NCBI RefSeq assembly: GCF_009914755.1
Contig: NC_060947.1
DNA from: the human T2T-CHM13v2.0 reference genome, Homo sapiens
Direction: 5' to 3' (one strand)
Length of the DNA stretch: 64,000 bases
The notes below the pieces were generated by a model that did no database searches, was not told where the DNA came from, and was given only the letters and a program-made list of their open reading frames with translations. Below are positions 59,309 to 64,000 of this stretch, piece by piece (position 1 is the first letter of the stretch; each line of letters opens with the position of its first letter). The position numbers were made by a program, and so were the translations under genes.

Positions 59309-61160
59309 GACGACAAGAGAGATCACTGCCACACTGTAGCAGAAATTACACAGAAGTCCTTCAATATGGGGCTGATTAATAAATCGTAGTACATGCATAC
59401 AAGAAAAAAAAGCATCTCTTAAAAATATCTCTATGTCCTGATACTGAAATACCTTCCATCAACAAGTGTTCATTAAGTAGGGGCTATTCCAGCTATGCCA
59501 GTGAGCAGCTGTGGAAGCCCATGCAATCTGCTTATCCACTCTGGTACTCAGCTTCCTTAGCTGTAAGAGGTAGATAAAAATGGTACCTACTTCCTAAGGT
59601 CATTGTGAGAATTAAAAGTGATCATGCATATATAATGCTTAGTATGGTGTCAGGTGCAGTGTGAGCTCACTACATGTCGGCTCTTGTTGTGTCACTTTTG
59701 TTATCGTTATCATTTGTATTATCATTATCATTACCACTATGACCATTATTAATACTATTCTGGAAAGGGCAAATGGAATGGCAAAACAGTTTTACATAAT
59801 GAGCAGATTTTAGCAAAACGAAGACATTTACATACGTATATATTTATATGTGTATGTAAATATAAAGAGAAAGAACAAGGGGGAGAGAGAGGTGTATAGG
59901 TGGAAATTAACCAAATTCATCAGAAATTGGTTATTTGGAATGAGTGGTGATATGAGATTATAAGTGAATTTCCCCTTTCAGATTGTATATTCCTCAAGAG
60001 TTTGGATTTTTGGTGTGCTACTTCTAAATCACTTCTGTAGGAAGAGAAAAAAATGACAAAATAATATAGACTTTCTTAAAAAGGGCAGAAGGGAAAGTAC
60101 TGAACACGCTTAGGGACATCATGAATTCTGAGCCTAAAAAGGAAAAGGGCAGACCTTTGGGTTGCTCAGGCTGTTCTGAAACCCCAGATGTGGAAAAACT
60201 ACATATAGATCAGAAAAGAATTTGAAGGGCATGAGGTTTACTGATTCTTCCTGATGATCAAGGTCCATATATTGAGCCAGAACATAAGAGCTATTTGTGC
60301 AGACATGGCTTTGATTTCCTGAAGAGTCACATATTTTTAGTTCTGCTTTAGCAGGACACCTTTGGTTGACATGCAGACATATTTTAAGTCACAGCAGAGC
60401 AATCCTATCTCTGTATTTATCACAAGATTGCTGATAAGGGACTTGGCTGACGCATCAGAGAACTGTCTTATCAAAGAAATCTTTGCTTCTGAGGAAGTGG
60501 CTTACTTTCTCTGTATGGGTGAGATAAATAAAGCAAATGAGCTTTTTTCCCCCTCTATGTTGTGGCTTCTAGGAAGCTCAGAAAAATAACTGTAGCTCAA
60601 CATAATTATGTAGAATCCTATGATCTACATATAGACATTTCAACCTGGCCTTGGTTTTGCTCTACTTCCCTATTCCTTTTTATGTGTTTATATGTATCCA
60701 TTTTATGGTATTAATAATAATATAATAATAATATTAAACTCATATATAAGACTTACGTGTGTGCCAGGCATTGTTGTAAACACTTATATTGACTCAATTG
60801 ATCTACACAACAACCATACAAGGCAGGTATTATTATTATTATCATTAACATCATCATCCCTATTTTACAGTTAGAGAAACTAAGGCACAAAGAGGTTAAA
60901 TGACGACTCTGTCCGCAGACCACCAGCCCTCTCACTTCCGTTCGATGTAAACTCTCTGCCCTGCCTCATACCCTGCTCTGATGTTAAGATCCGAATGCTT
61001 ATTCAGGCAAGGTCCCCTTGTGTTTCCAAAATCAGTCACAACTTCCTCTGACAGCCACCTTTTTCCGACCTTTATCCTGCATTAGGTACTGCCAGTCACT
61101 ATACTTGCTCATGCGCAGTACCGTTCCCAAAGCCGTCGGCACTAGCAGCCAAAGTTTCTT

Positions 61161-62556
61161 TCTTATGATAATGGCATTAATCACTTCCTAACAGCCCCAC
61201 CTCTCAATATTGTTACAATGGCAATTAAATTTCAACACGTGTTTTGGTGAGGACATTCAAACCATGGCAGTCATACTGCCTTCTTCTCTTCTGTCTGTGT
61301 CAGATCTCCCTGCCTCAATCTGATAAGGACACTCATTATTACATTTAGGGCCCACCCAGATAATCCAGGAGAATATCCCCTTCTCAGGATCTTTAACATA
61401 ATTACTTTTTATTTTTTTTTTTGAGATGGAGTCTCACTCTGTCACGCAGGCTGCAGTGCAGTGGCATGATCTCGGCTCACTGCAACCTCTGCCTACCAGG
61501 TTCAAGCAATTCTCTGCCTCAGCCTCCTGAGTAGCTGGGATTACAGGTGTCCACCACCATGCCCAGCTAATTTTTGTATTTTTAGTAGAGACAGGGGTTT
61601 CACCATATTGGCCAGGCTGGTCTTGAACTCCTGACCTAGTGACCCACCCACCTCGGCCTCCCAAAGTGCTGGGATTATAGGCGTGAGCCACCATACCTGG
61701 CCAACATAATCACATTTTTTGTTGTAAGTTAACACTCACAGGTTCCAGGGGTTATATGTCGCTATCTTTTGGAGGGGCGTTGTTCAGTCTACCACAGCCT
61801 GCCCTCTGGCCCCCAAGTATTCACATCTCTCCCACATGCAAAATACATGCGCCCCATCCCCAAATCCTCAAATGTCTCAAACCGTGCAACGTTAGCTGAA
61901 GTCCAACATCTTATCCATATAAGATCAGCTCAAAAGTACCAAGTCTCCTCATCTAAAACAGATATGGATGAGACTCTGGTTGTGAAACATCCTGGGGCAA
62001 AATTCTCCTGCCATGAATTTGTGACACTAGAAAGCAAGCTATCTGTTCCAAAAATACTGTGGCGAGACAGGTGTAGGAAAATAGTTACGGATATTTCCAT
62101 TTCAAATGGGAGAAACTGGAAGAAAGGAAGGAGTCACTGCTCCCAACCATTTTGAAATCTAGCAGGACAAATTCCATTTGGTTTCAAGGGTTCAGAATAA
62201 TCCTCTGTAGCTTGAAGCTCTCCCCTCTGGTCCCATAGCCCTCCTCTCAGAATGTATGTCATAGTGATTCACACCCTTAGATCAGCAGGTCCTTTTGTAT
62301 CTTTCCCAGATAATATCATTTCTATTAGCAGCTATGGCTGAGCATAGTGGAAGAGCTCCTTGAGTCACGTGCCTGATCTCTTCAGCACTAGCAAACATAG
62401 ACACATTCTTGACATTGTCTCTAGAGCATACCTTCCTGACAGTGCCTCTCCTAATTTTAGTGTCTTTTGCAATCTTGATAGGCTGAGAATTTCCCTGGAC
62501 CTTTTTTGCTTAACAGTCCTTTCCTCAGTTTATCCCTTTCCTCTAACATTTTACTA
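61161..62556 (-). repeat. Right arm of the ~1.4-kb inverted duplication (partner 22130-23523)
   Basis: Reverse-complement match from TCTTATGATAATGGCATTAATC to ACATTTTACTA. Confidence 0.93.
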
Positions 62557-63890
62557 GTGCTTGGATTGGAGTCCAATATAAAAATGAAAAATATAGGACT
62601 AAGATGGGAGGTAAAAAAATGATGGACTTTCTAGGCAAGTTGTTGAGGTTTTATGAAGGATGAGCCTTGGGAAGGGAGTCTTATATATGATCAGATTGGT
62701 GGGATTAAAAAGAAATTTTTTATCAGTTTTTCTAAAAATCCAACATTAGTGTCAAGTGTGCACTGAAGCAGGGCGAGTCTACTCCTCTAGGTTTGAAATA
62801 GGTTTTCTTAACATGTTGATCTGTTTTTCTTTATCTTTTAAATAACCTGTCTGAAAAAACAGGGATTTTGTGTTTTAAGATAGTTTCCTAACTGCATTTA
62901 TCAGGTTTTTGTTTTTGTTTTTGTTTTTGTTTTCTGAGATGGAGTCTCACTCTGTTGCCCAGGCTGGAGTGCAGTGGTGCGATCCAGCCACTGTAGTAAG
63001 CAAGGTTGCTCACTGCAACCTCCACCTCTCAGGTTCAAGTGATTCTTGTGGCTCAGCCTCTCGAGTAGCTGGGATTACAGGTGCCCACCACCACACCCGG
63101 CTAATTTTTGTCTTTTTAGTAGAGATGGAGTTTCACCATGTTGGCCAGGCTGGTGTCCAACTCCTGACCTCAAGTGATCTGCCTGCCTTGGCATCCCAAA
63201 GTGCTGGGATTACAGGCATAAGCCACTGCACCCAGCTATAATTAGCAATAATATAATAAATTTAGTTTGTACAATGGTTTTGAACCAAGATCCCAAGCCT
63301 AGGGGCCACCAGCTAAACAAATCACAAGACTATGGGGCAATTGAATGAGACCTCTTGCAGTCTTTGAGTAGCATTTTAGGACTGGGTTGAATTAAAGTAG
63401 AGTGCCGACTCTATAAAAGGGACCACTAGGTGAAGGAAAGGATTTGGGGGTCAGGTTCTGTCAAGTGAAAAATGTAGACATTAAGGGGATAAGAGTCTTA
63501 TTATGATATGAAGAGTAATTCTGACATCTTGGGAAAGCTGTCTACAGTGTGGAAACATCAATTTCTCATCCTGATTTGTTGTTCGAATGTCTCTGGTTAT
63601 GGCATTGGACAGTTTGGTGAACTTTTCGTTTGGTCCATACATCAGGCACAAGACTTGTTCCTTAAAATTTATGCACTTTTATCTTATAGGACTTGTAAAT
63701 CAAAAATAAAATCCTAAGCCCCCTGCCCCCAACCATCTGAATAGACTCCCTCCTAAGCCAGGGATCTTTTAAAATTTAACCTGAGAGACGGTTTCAGGCC
63801 ATGACAGGAAGTGGGGGTCAGGCATGCCTCATTATACGTCTCTGGCATCAACATCAACACAGACTTGAAGTCTGATAAGAAACATGTTGT
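62557..63890. mobile_element. ERV1 (MER4-group-like) internal fragment; LTR begins ~63694
   Basis: TGTAAATCAAAAATAAAATCCTAAGCCCC resembles MER4-group LTR starts. Confidence 0.5.
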
Positions 63891-64000
63891 CCGGGCGCGG
63901 TGGCTCACGACTGTAATCCCAGCACTTTAGGGGGCTGAGGAGGGCGGATCACGAGGTCAGGAGATCCACACCATCCTGGCTAACACAGTGAAACCCCATC

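Overview
Primate (human-like) genomic DNA, dominated by repeats (Alu, SVA, L1, MaLR/ERV LTRs, Tigger1). The gene content matches Xp11.23 as I recall it. Two + strand testis genes can be rebuilt exon by exon. SSX6/SSX6P (exons about 26129-38835) keeps an intact 188-aa ORF, but its exon-7 splice donor is mutated (GT>AT). The lysozyme-like SPACA5/SPACA5B (CDS 48839-50680) encodes 159 aa. The ORF track misses a decayed KRAB zinc-finger gene relic on the - strand (KRAB-A 54301-54151, KRAB-B 53902-53810, last-exon start 52788, no finger array seen). The first 8.8 kb is a decayed class III (ERV-L-like) provirus with an env remnant and nested insertions. Structural oddities: a near-perfect 1.57-kb inverted repeat (9282-10849 / 13142-14708); an older 1.4-kb inverted repeat bracketing both genes; a ~410-bp duplication flanking an L1 3' end; a recent 264-bp Alu-mediated tandem duplication; an Alu-monomer array in SSX6P intron 1; and an SVA with a probable 5' transduction. 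I found no evidence of a wholly new biological system. The best candidates for something undescribed are the KRAB relic and these rearrangement footprints. Repeat subfamily names come from recognition by eye, not from a search.
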